In this document: positions 1 through 8,056 of the stretch, piece by piece
Layout of the letters: each line of letters begins with the position of its first letter
Position numbering within the stretch: position 1 is the first letter of the stretch
Origin: a virus
Lineage: Duplodnaviria; Caudoviricetes
Direction: 5' to 3' (one strand)
IMG/VR virus record: IMGVR_UViG_3300020045_002563
Location: 1-38,953 of that record
DNA: 38,953 nucleotides
Notes under the pieces: model-generated
What the model was told of the DNA's origin: nothing
The model's input: only the letters and a program-made list of their open reading frames with translations
Database searches by the model: none
Translations under genes and position numbers: made by a program

Positions 1-121
1 GACAGCTTTTCCGGCACAGATATTCAGTTTGATTTGGAGTTCAGAAAAGGTGGAGCGCAGCGGGTACTGCTTATCGTTAGCGGAGACTTCGGCACCGTAT
101 CGCGCAGATCGCTACTAATCA
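1..121. repeat. Left copy of a perfect 121-bp terminal inverted repeat
   Basis: 1..121 is the exact reverse complement of 38833..38953; the first mismatch is at 122/38832. Confidence 0.97.
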
Positions 122-162
122 ACGTCACTGAAGGTCAGCAAGTAGGGGCGCTCAATGCCTGA
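1..162 (+). CDS. 3' fragment of a head-tail adaptor gene (P22 gp4 position), truncated by the window start
   Basis: Frame 1 is open from base 1 (DSFSGTDIQFDLEFRKGGAQRVLLIVSGDFGTVSRRSLLINVTEGQQVGALNA*). Its TGA at 160-162 overlaps the next ATG at 155. Identity is inferred only from position upstream of the gp10-like gene. Confidence 0.55.
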   Translation, partial: DSFSGTDIQFDLEFRKGGAQRVLLIVSGDFGTVSRRSLLINVTEGQQVGALNA

Positions 163-1558
163 AATCCAAGTTCCAATCGTCAGAGGCGACAAGACCAACA
201 GCCAAACGGATTACGCTGACCGGCTGCCAAAAAACATGATTGCCGTGCCGAAAGAAATTCGCGGCGCAACGGGCTATCTAATCAGCGCTGACGGGCTTAA
301 ATCATTCGCAACGGGCTTTGGCATTGACCGTGGCGGATTTTATAGCGACCGCAAAGCAAAGCACTGCCGAGTGAGTGGAGAGCGGTTTATCACATTGTCA
401 GCTGACGGTTCAGTGGTCGATATTGGTTCGATTCCCGGCATTGGTCGTGCATCGTTTGCGCAGTCGTTTAACAATCTGCTGACGGTAGCCAACGGTTCGG
501 CGTGGCTGTTTGATGGCACTACACTCACGCAGATAACCGACTTGGACCTAGGCAATCCAATCGACTGCTGCTGGATTGATGGTTACTTTTTTTACACAGA
601 CGGCGAGTTCATTTATCACTCTGACATTGCTGATGAATCACAAGTGGATCCGCTCGACTATGCAACTGCCGAGTTTATGCCGGACCGGTCAATCGGTGTT
701 ATGCAGACTCAGGATAACTTGGTGCTGGTGTTTGGCCGGTATTCGATGGAGTATTTCGTTAACCAAGCTAATGATAACTTTGCATTTAGCCGGGTTGCGC
801 AGAAATCTATTATGGCTGGCATCGTTGGCACTCATGCCAAGTGCCAATTGGGCGGGATGATTTTCATCCTTGGAGGCCGAAAAGACGAAACTGCATCGTT
901 TCATGTGGTGCAGGCAGGCGGCATTGAAAACCTGTCAACGCAGACAGTGGATGAGATATTTAACAGCTATACAGAAGCAGAATTGGCACTATCTATCCTT
1001 GAGTCACGCACCGATGAGCGCGATCAGCTTGTTATCGTGCGACTGCCGCGGCATACGCTGTTATATAACCATAAAGCGGCGCTGACTATCGGCAAGAATA
1101 ACGCGTGGTCTGTACTGAGTTATGGCGTTAGCAATGAGATTTGGTTGGGCGCTAACGGGGTGTTTGATCCAAGCATATCAAAGTGGGTTTACGGGTCTGC
1201 ATATGATTCTGGCATTTACACTCTGGACAAAACCAGCGCTGCACTAAACAACACTGCTGCTGAGTGCGAATTTAACACGCCATTAATCCCCGCCAAAAAC
1301 ATTCGCGTTGGTGACATCGAGCTCAACACTATTGCTGGCTACAACTCCAGCGAAGTGCGCATTTTTATGTCGGTTAGCTATGAGGGTGCGTTTGTCACCG
1401 GGGAGTATATTCAGGTTTATTCTGGTCCGCTGCAGTATGGCAGACCGCTAATTATCCGCCGCTCAGTTGGCTATGTGTCGCATGAATTCAGTTTGCAATT
1501 CCGCTGCGTCAGCAAAGACAAAATTAACGTCAGCAACTTGGTGATCAGTTATGGCTAA
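155..1558 (+). CDS. Tail hub / packaged-DNA stabilization protein (P22 gp10-like)
   Basis: 467 aa. The N-terminus (IQVPIVRGD..DYADRLPKNMIAVPKEI.GA.GYL) and DESQVDPLDYATAEFMPD resemble P22 gp10, and size and synteny fit. Confidence 0.88.
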   Translation: MPEIQVPIVRGDKTNSQTDYADRLPKNMIAVPKEIRGATGYLISADGLKSFATGFGIDRGGFYSDRKAKHCRVSGERFITLSADGSVVDIGSIPGIGRASFAQSFNNLLTVANGSAWLFDGTTLTQITDLDLGNPIDCCWIDGYFFYTDGEFIYHSDIADESQVDPLDYATAEFMPDRSIGVMQTQDNLVLVFGRYSMEYFVNQANDNFAFSRVAQKSIMAGIVGTHAKCQLGGMIFILGGRKDETASFHVVQAGGIENLSTQTVDEIFNSYTEAELALSILESRTDERDQLVIVRLPRHTLLYNHKAALTIGKNNAWSVLSYGVSNEIWLGANGVFDPSISKWVYGSAYDSGIYTLDKTSAALNNTAAECEFNTPLIPAKNIRVGDIELNTIAGYNSSEVRIFMSVSYEGAFVTGEYIQVYSGPLQYGRPLIIRRSVGYVSHEFSLQFRCVSKDKINVSNLVISYG

Positions 1559-2156
1559 ACTACCGAATCAGGTTGAGTATCTAGTCACAGAGTCTGATAT
1601 CAGGCAGCAGCTGCCTATGGTGCCTGACCGATTTGTCAAAGATTACGCAGCAATCAAGCAAAGCATCACCGGCAACATTAATCAGACCAATACCAACACT
1701 GAAACAATCGAAACGCTTGATGCCCGGCTTGATGTTGTGGAGGGCGAGATAGTTGTCATTAATGGCAGGTTGAATGCCGCAGAGAATGAGATTGACACTC
1801 TGCAAACTGACCTAACAGCACTGACCGGCGTTGTCGATACTCACATTGCATCAGAATCTGAGCATGGCGTCACGGGCAACAACGTCGGCACGGGCGACTA
1901 TTGCACCGCCGCCGTTGGCGGCGTTGTGCTTCTGGCTAGCGCTGTGGCTGATGCGACGACGTCTGCAGTGGTGCCACCTGCTGCGCTACCGGCCGCGGGT
2001 GCCGCATACGTACAGGCATACGCACAGAGCCAGACGGATGCCATTAACGCACTATCAACAGCTATGGCGCAGCTAGTCACCGACCTAAACGCAGTGACCA
2101 CACAATTAAACGCGCTGCTCGCATCTGAGCGCATTGCCAAGCAGTTGGCGCCATGA
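1551..2156 (+). CDS. Tail needle protein (P22 gp26-like, trimeric coiled coil)
   Basis: Heptad coiled coil (IETLDARLDVVEGEIVVINGRLNAAENEIDTLQTDL) directly after gp10-like gene; HGVTG.NVGT.DY and GGVVLLA motifs in the C-terminal half. Confidence 0.7.
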   Translation: MAKLPNQVEYLVTESDIRQQLPMVPDRFVKDYAAIKQSITGNINQTNTNTETIETLDARLDVVEGEIVVINGRLNAAENEIDTLQTDLTALTGVVDTHIASESEHGVTGNNVGTGDYCTAAVGGVVLLASAVADATTSAVVPPAALPAAGAAYVQAYAQSQTDAINALSTAMAQLVTDLNAVTTQLNALLASERIAKQLAP

Positions 2157-2500
2157 TCCGCCGCGCCGAGACTATGGACATTGCCTATTACCTGTCTCAG
2201 CGCGGACTGCCATCAGCGCCAACCAATGCCACTTGCTACGTGATTGAGCAGGGTGGGGAGTCAATGCTGGCGTGCTTGCGCAGCTTGGGTGGTGGCGTTG
2301 CTGAGGTGCATATCTGCTGCCCTAAACAGCATGCGCGCAAATCCCGCAGCATGTGCGTTGAGTTTTTGGCATTCATTAAGGCGCTTGGTTTTTTAATGGC
2401 AAAAACAGACGCATCAGACGAACACAGGTCGGCGCAAAACATGCTAATCAAGCTGGGGTTTGTGCGCTATAATAAATCAGATTTTATGAGGGCTTTATAA
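2153..2500 (+). CDS. GNAT-like virion-associated protein (P22 gp14 position)
   Basis: 115 aa with AEVHICC and a GNAT-type C-terminal motif (HRSAQNMLIKLGF); lies between needle and gp7-like genes. Confidence 0.6.
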   Translation: MIRRAETMDIAYYLSQRGLPSAPTNATCYVIEQGGESMLACLRSLGGGVAEVHICCPKQHARKSRSMCVEFLAFIKALGFLMAKTDASDEHRSAQNMLIKLGFVRYNKSDFMRAL

Positions 2501-3153
2501 TGGGCATTGTTACAGGTTTACTAGGCGGATCCATCCTGAGCGGCGCGCTAGGCAATCGGTCGGCAAAGGATGCCGCAAACGCACAAACTCAAGGAATAGA
2601 AAACGCAACAGCAGCACAGCTTGAGATGTTTAACAAGCAGTTGCAACTGATGCAGCCATACTCGCAAGCGGGTCAAACTGCATTGCCGGGGCTGCAAGCA
2701 ATGGCGGGTCAGCAGCAGTCGCCGTTTAGCTTTGACTATCAAGCGTACATGAATGGTCCAGAATATGCGGCATTACAGCAGCAATATGAAGGGTCGGCGC
2801 TGCGCAACCAGTCGGCAACCGGCGGATTGCGCTCGGGAGGCTCACAGGTTGCGCTTGCGTCCATTGCTCCACAACTGGCACAGCAAGGTCGGCAGAATGC
2901 CATGAATGAATACAGCCTTAATCAAGCCGGACAGATGGATCAATACAACCGATTAATGGGTCTTGCTGGCTTGGGTCTTGGCTCAGCTCAGCAATCAGCA
3001 TCAGCAGCCGGTCAATTCGGTCAGCAAGCTGGTAACAATGCCATGATGGCTGGCAATGCGATGGCTAATAAATACCAGCAATACGGTAATAATATGCAGT
3101 CAATGCTTGGCGATGTCGGCGCTGTCGGCATGCGCTTGTTTGGGGGGTTCTAA
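2500..3153 (+). CDS. DNA ejection protein (P22 gp7-like)
   Basis: G/A/Q-rich. YMNGPEYAAL...SATGGLRSGGSQVALASIAPQL resembles the gp7 ATGGL..../AIAPTL motif. Confidence 0.8.
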   Translation: MGIVTGLLGGSILSGALGNRSAKDAANAQTQGIENATAAQLEMFNKQLQLMQPYSQAGQTALPGLQAMAGQQQSPFSFDYQAYMNGPEYAALQQQYEGSALRNQSATGGLRSGGSQVALASIAPQLAQQGRQNAMNEYSLNQAGQMDQYNRLMGLAGLGLGSAQQSASAAGQFGQQAGNNAMMAGNAMANKYQQYGNNMQSMLGDVGAVGMRLFGGF

Positions 3154-4331
3154 TGAGCTTTTTGCAACGAGTGACGCAAGGTGTTCAAGGTCTGCAAGGT
3201 TTAGAAATGAACCAGATGGCTATGCAGCAACAGCAACAGCAGATTGACCAGCAAAAGCAAATGCAGCAGCGTGAATCTGAAGCTGAGCAGTTACTATCCC
3301 AATTCCAACAGGGCGGCGGAAAAGATTTTAATCTGCTTAACCAGGCTGTTTTAAAATCGCCAACTGCTAGCAAAAACGTATTGGCAACAATCGGACTGGC
3401 TGAAGAAGCGCAGAAGAAGCAAGCGGCATCGGACATCGTGAGCTTACTGCCAGCACTTGATGATCCGGCCACGTTTTCGCGCACCATGGCAGCACGTATT
3501 GCAGCAATAAAAGAGCGAGGCGGCAACCCGGCTGACTCCACCAGATTGGCGCAAGTCTATCAGGAGGAAGGCCCAGAAGCAGCACGCCGAGAACTGCAAA
3601 TGGTTGGCGCAGCATTGGCAAATGAGGGTTATTTGAAGCCGGAGGTTATTGGTATTGGTGCTGGCCCTGAACCGATGACAGCTTATCAAGCAGCATCAAC
3701 AGACCTCAGACAGCAAGAGCTGCAGCTGAAGGCGCTTGAGTCTCAGCAGAAAAACATGGAGCGCGCACTTCAGCGAGAAACCAATGATTTGAAAAAACAA
3801 GAACTGCAATTGCAGATTGACCGTAAAAAGCAAGAAATCGATCAGGTTAGCACCGACAAGCAAACCAAAAAGGTTGAGCGATCAGCAGAGTTGGAAAGCG
3901 CTAAGTTTGGTGTTGATAACATGCTGAATTCAGTTGAGCGGATCCTGAAGACGCCTGACAAAGTTTTGGCTCGCGCAACCGGTCCAATTGATGCGATGAC
4001 GCCAACACTGCGCCAAACTACGGCGGACTTTGAAGAGTTGGTATCAACACTTGGCAGCCAAGCTTTCCTTGCTCAAATCCCAAACATCAAAGGTATGGGC
4101 GCCTTGTCAAACGCCGAAGGTGATAAGCTGCAAACAGCGTTTCAGAACTTTAATTTACGGCAATCACCAGAGCAGCTGAAGGCAAACTTGCGCGAGGCTA
4201 AGCGGCTGCTGCTGAAAGGGAGAAGCACCATTAACAAGCGGTATAATTCGCCGGAAGATAAACCTGACGTTCCGCAGGCTGCGGAACCAACAGTTGACGA
4301 GCTGATCATCATGTACGGGAGCGGTCAATAA
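3153..4331 (+). CDS. DNA ejection protein (P22 gp20-like)
   Basis: Q-rich N-terminus, coiled coil, and KGMGALSNAEGDKL motif typical of the gp20 family; synteny fits. Confidence 0.78.
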   Translation: MSFLQRVTQGVQGLQGLEMNQMAMQQQQQQIDQQKQMQQRESEAEQLLSQFQQGGGKDFNLLNQAVLKSPTASKNVLATIGLAEEAQKKQAASDIVSLLPALDDPATFSRTMAARIAAIKERGGNPADSTRLAQVYQEEGPEAARRELQMVGAALANEGYLKPEVIGIGAGPEPMTAYQAASTDLRQQELQLKALESQQKNMERALQRETNDLKKQELQLQIDRKKQEIDQVSTDKQTKKVERSAELESAKFGVDNMLNSVERILKTPDKVLARATGPIDAMTPTLRQTTADFEELVSTLGSQAFLAQIPNIKGMGALSNAEGDKLQTAFQNFNLRQSPEQLKANLREAKRLLLKGRSTINKRYNSPEDKPDVPQAAEPTVDELIIMYGSGQ

Positions 4332-6163
4332 TGGCAGATGTAAAACAGTTAGAAGCCGCACTGATAAACGCACACAAAGCGGGAGACAAAAGAGCGGCAA
4401 CAGTTCTGGCTTCCGAAATAAAGCGCATGCGCAGCGCAGAGTTGCCACCAGTATATTCACAAACCGGTGAAGTAATGCCGGTTAACACTCCGCAGCCTAA
4501 GCGCGATTTATCGCTTGCCGAGCAAGCTGTTGGCGCTGGCGAAGCCGCGCTAGCAACAATCACAGGAGCAACGTCTGGAGCTGCTGGATATGCTGGTGGT
4601 GCATTGCGTGGTCTTGGTAATCAGTTGATTGGCGATGCCACCTCTCAGGATGCTATGCGCTCAGCCGAGCAAGGCGCGGAGATGCTAACCTATGCGCCGC
4701 GCACAGAAGCCGGTCAGCGCATGATTCAGGCTGTCGGCGAAGCTGCATCGGTGTTGCCGCCGGTGATTGCAGGTATTACGCCATTACAAGCGCAAGGTGC
4801 AGCAAGTGCTGCCAAAGCGACGGCGGGAGCGGTGCGTGGGATGGAAATGCCGCAAACTGCGCAGCGTGGGGACTTTGCCGCAAGAAGCGGCGGCGCTGCT
4901 GAGATCCCAGCTGACCAGCAGCGGCGAAATCTAGCCAATGAACTACCGGTGCCGCTTGGTGACAAGCTAACAAAAGGCATGGCAACGCAGGACTTTGAAA
5001 CGCAAAACTTTGAGCGCGAGACCGCAAAAAATCCAGAGTTAGGAGCGCCAATTCGTGAGCGAGTAGACGACCTAACGGCTGGCATTAATCAAAATCTTGA
5101 CGAAATGCTATCACTCACCGGCTCAAGGTTGCCTGAAACAGCGTGGCAACTAGAGACAGGTAATAAAGTTATCCAAGCGCTAAAAAAAGGCTACGACGCA
5201 GAAACCAAAAAAGTAGATGCAGCTTATAAGGTTGCCCGCCAGCGTGGTGAGACACAGGCGCAATTGCCGGTTGAAAATATTAATGAAATATCCTCATTTG
5301 TAAACGCCAACAGAGCCAAGCGCACAAATGCGCCAGTGCTAGATGGTTTTGTGAGAGAGGTTGAAGTGCAAGAGCTTGGCGGCGGCCGCCTTGATGATGG
5401 ATCGTTTTATTTAAAACCGATGACTATCGAGCAATCAGAAACGCTTAGGCAGCAAGTAAACAGACTTACAGATAAAACCAAAGGCGAAGACATTTATTAT
5501 GCAGGTCAGATAAAAAAGCTGATTGATAAAGCGCAAGACGATGCGGGAGGTCAGGCATTCAAATCTGCGCGAAAAATGCGCGGACAGTTAGCTGGTAAAT
5601 ATGAAAACTTAGCCATCATTGACAAGCTGCTTGATACTCAAGGTAATTACGCCGACCAACGGATCGCATCAGAGCAGGTGTTTAACAAGGCTATTTTAAA
5701 CGGCTCAGTTGAAGATGTGACAAACCTTCGCCGGGTTCTGTCAACAGCTGGCGAGGAGGGGCTAGAAGCGCTGCAGGAGGTGCGCGCGGCAGCTATTCGG
5801 CATATTCGAGATGAAGCCACTAGAAACTTAGGGTCATTACCAGATGGCACACCAAGGATAAGCCCGAAAGGCATGGACAACGCCATCAAGTCTTTGGATA
5901 AAAATGGGAAGCTTGATAAATTATTTGGCAAAACCAGCGCTCAATCTCTGCGCATCCTAAACGATGTTACAAAAGATATTTTTGTTGCGCAGCCTAACGC
6001 CGTCAACACCTCAAACACAGCGGCAAACGTCATGGCAGCCCTTGATTTCATGGCAACTGCTTCCATTGGTGTGCCGGCTCCTATCCTTACCACTTTAAGG
6101 CTTGGCGCTAAGCGCGCGAAAGATGCTAAAATCAAGAAAAAGGTTAAGGAGTCACTGGAATGA
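4331..6163 (+). CDS. Large DNA ejection protein (P22 gp16 position)
   Basis: 610 aa, helical and Ala-rich with a C-terminal NTSNTA motif; third ejection-gene position. Confidence 0.68.
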   Translation: MADVKQLEAALINAHKAGDKRAATVLASEIKRMRSAELPPVYSQTGEVMPVNTPQPKRDLSLAEQAVGAGEAALATITGATSGAAGYAGGALRGLGNQLIGDATSQDAMRSAEQGAEMLTYAPRTEAGQRMIQAVGEAASVLPPVIAGITPLQAQGAASAAKATAGAVRGMEMPQTAQRGDFAARSGGAAEIPADQQRRNLANELPVPLGDKLTKGMATQDFETQNFERETAKNPELGAPIRERVDDLTAGINQNLDEMLSLTGSRLPETAWQLETGNKVIQALKKGYDAETKKVDAAYKVARQRGETQAQLPVENINEISSFVNANRAKRTNAPVLDGFVREVEVQELGGGRLDDGSFYLKPMTIEQSETLRQQVNRLTDKTKGEDIYYAGQIKKLIDKAQDDAGGQAFKSARKMRGQLAGKYENLAIIDKLLDTQGNYADQRIASEQVFNKAILNGSVEDVTNLRRVLSTAGEEGLEALQEVRAAAIRHIRDEATRNLGSLPDGTPRISPKGMDNAIKSLDKNGKLDKLFGKTSAQSLRILNDVTKDIFVAQPNAVNTSNTAANVMAALDFMATASIGVPAPILTTLRLGAKRAKDAKIKKKVKESLE

Positions 6164-6231
6164 TTTCATCATTCGCGGCCATCGCTTGCTTGGTGTGGTT
6201 TTGGCATGTAACTGATTATTTTAATAAGTAG
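6160..6231 (+). CDS. Putative 23-aa hydrophobic peptide (MISSFAAIACLVWFWHVTDYFNK)
   Basis: ATGA overlap with the upstream stop and AAGGAG RBS at 6146-6151; fills the gap before tailspike 1. Confidence 0.4.
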   Translation: MISSFAAIACLVWFWHVTDYFNK

Positions 6232-6239
6232 GGCAACCA

Positions 6240-8039
6240 ATGACACAAACACTACAAAACCCGTTTCAATACTGGGGCAATCCAAACAAAGCCGCTCCGG
6301 TCAGTCTTGGCCTGCTTTACGTCGGCTTGATTGATGAAGATCCAGAGCCAGAGCTTAATCAGGTCGATGTTTTCGCAGTGCAGCCAGACGGAACAGAGTT
6401 GCAAATCAGCCAACCGGTGTCTTTGCTTGCTGGCGGAATCCCGTCGTTTAATGGCTCACCCGTGCAGCTTAAAATCAATACCGGCGTTGTGTCTGTTAAA
6501 GTACTAGGCGCAGGCAATGAACAGCCTTACTACACGCCGCGCTATGAGCAATACGCCGGCTTAGTGACCATTGACGCGCTGGCTGACATTAACAGCACTA
6601 TTGTGATTGCCGGTCAGGTTGCAACAAAGCTATTCACCGTGTTTGACACTGTAGCTCAGATGGTGGCTGGCATTACTCCAGCATACGTCGGGCGCCGCGT
6701 TAATTGGTTGGGTTATTACGCTGTTAGTGATGGTGGCGGCGGGTGGGGCATCGTTAAGTCAGGCGCACACACTCACGACGGCGGAAAAATTATCAGCGTT
6801 TCTGGCTCTGTTTATGTTGAGCAAAACATTAACGGATTTGCGCTTGATGTTCGCAAGTATGGGGTGCGCGGTAATGGCATCACAAACGACACTGTTCAAA
6901 TGCAGCGCTGCTTAGAAAGTGGTAACAAGAATATCTGCGCTCCTGAAGGTGTTTATATTTTTGATGACCTGACCATCCCTGATTGGGTGACAATTGAAGG
7001 TGTAGGCTATCAACCTGGAGTCGGTGGCGGTGATCGAACTACAGAATTCAGATTTAACAAAACCGACATCGGCAATGCTATCACTCTTGGCTCTAGTCCA
7101 GTGTTTAGAAACATTTTATTCATCAACACCGGCGGCACTTACGACGAGCTGACAAAAACGCTATCTGGAACTCTGTCAGGCTGCATAAAATTATCTGATA
7201 ATGCCGTCATCGAACAGTGCGCGTTTTTACTATGGCGCGACCCAATCAGGACGGGCGCAAACACGTTTTATCTCAATACAGATTTGGTTATCTTTAACAG
7301 GTGCACAAACGGTTACATTGCAGAGGGCACAAGCCCGTACAATATTAATATTAACCGGCCGCAATCTGCACTGACAGAAACGTTTATTGCTGGCATTGGA
7401 GATTTTACCCCGCGCAACATTAAAATCAGTGGCGGCTCAATTGAAGGCTACACCACCGTTGCGGCAAGATTCATTGACCTGTCAATCTTTGGCACCTATT
7501 TTGAGTCCGAGCCGGAGCGCACAGTAACAGAGGCGATCAGTCCGCAGCTTGATGGATCAACCGTGTCAATTTACGGCGCGTTGATTTTTATGAACGAAAC
7601 AGACCGTTTTGTAAACGCATCAGGGCTGAGCAACGTCGGCATTACATCCAGCGGTAACACGTTCAGCGGCGCTGCAGAGTCAGGTGCAATCTGCTATTAT
7701 TTGCCGGACTCTGGCTCTATCAACCTGTCAGGCGACACTATCGACGCTTCAATCATGGATGCTGTTTTGTATGTTGACAGCGTGGTGCCAGCTGCGGCGC
7801 TGGGTGGCATCAGAATGCCAAATTTATACGGCGCGAATGCTCAGGTGGCATACTCAAATATAACCTTTACTGGTCAGCGCGGATCGCTTGGTGGGGTATT
7901 GACTGCAGAGCCTGCAGTAAAGGTAAGTGGCCAAATGTTTTTGGCGGACGGTGACACATGGGATCCGCTCGCCATCGGCGATAATAAGCCCTACTATGTC
8001 ATGTGGCGATTTGATGCTTGGGGTCCAGTCAGCGGTTAA
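6240..8039 (+). CDS. Tailspike 1: P22-type head-binding domain plus pectate-lyase-like beta-helix
   Basis: N-terminal LYVGLIDEDP..NQVDVF..QISQPVSL.AGG.P.FNG resembles the P22 tailspike head-binding domain. GYYAVSDGGGG and VRKYGVRGNGITNDT are typical beta-helix entry motifs. Confidence 0.85.
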   Translation: MTQTLQNPFQYWGNPNKAAPVSLGLLYVGLIDEDPEPELNQVDVFAVQPDGTELQISQPVSLLAGGIPSFNGSPVQLKINTGVVSVKVLGAGNEQPYYTPRYEQYAGLVTIDALADINSTIVIAGQVATKLFTVFDTVAQMVAGITPAYVGRRVNWLGYYAVSDGGGGWGIVKSGAHTHDGGKIISVSGSVYVEQNINGFALDVRKYGVRGNGITNDTVQMQRCLESGNKNICAPEGVYIFDDLTIPDWVTIEGVGYQPGVGGGDRTTEFRFNKTDIGNAITLGSSPVFRNILFINTGGTYDELTKTLSGTLSGCIKLSDNAVIEQCAFLLWRDPIRTGANTFYLNTDLVIFNRCTNGYIAEGTSPYNININRPQSALTETFIAGIGDFTPRNIKISGGSIEGYTTVAARFIDLSIFGTYFESEPERTVTEAISPQLDGSTVSIYGALIFMNETDRFVNASGLSNVGITSSGNTFSGAAESGAICYYLPDSGSINLSGDTIDASIMDAVLYVDSVVPAAALGGIRMPNLYGANAQVAYSNITFTGQRGSLGGVLTAEPAVKVSGQMFLADGDTWDPLAIGDNKPYYVMWRFDAWGPVSG

Positions 8040-8056
8040 TTCAAAAAGGATAAAAA

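Noticed and set aside
1-121. Terminal inverted repeat as a transposon end or protein-primed linear genome end
   Set aside because: No transposase, protein-primed polymerase or protelomerase is present, and the repeat is internal coding sequence of a structural gene.
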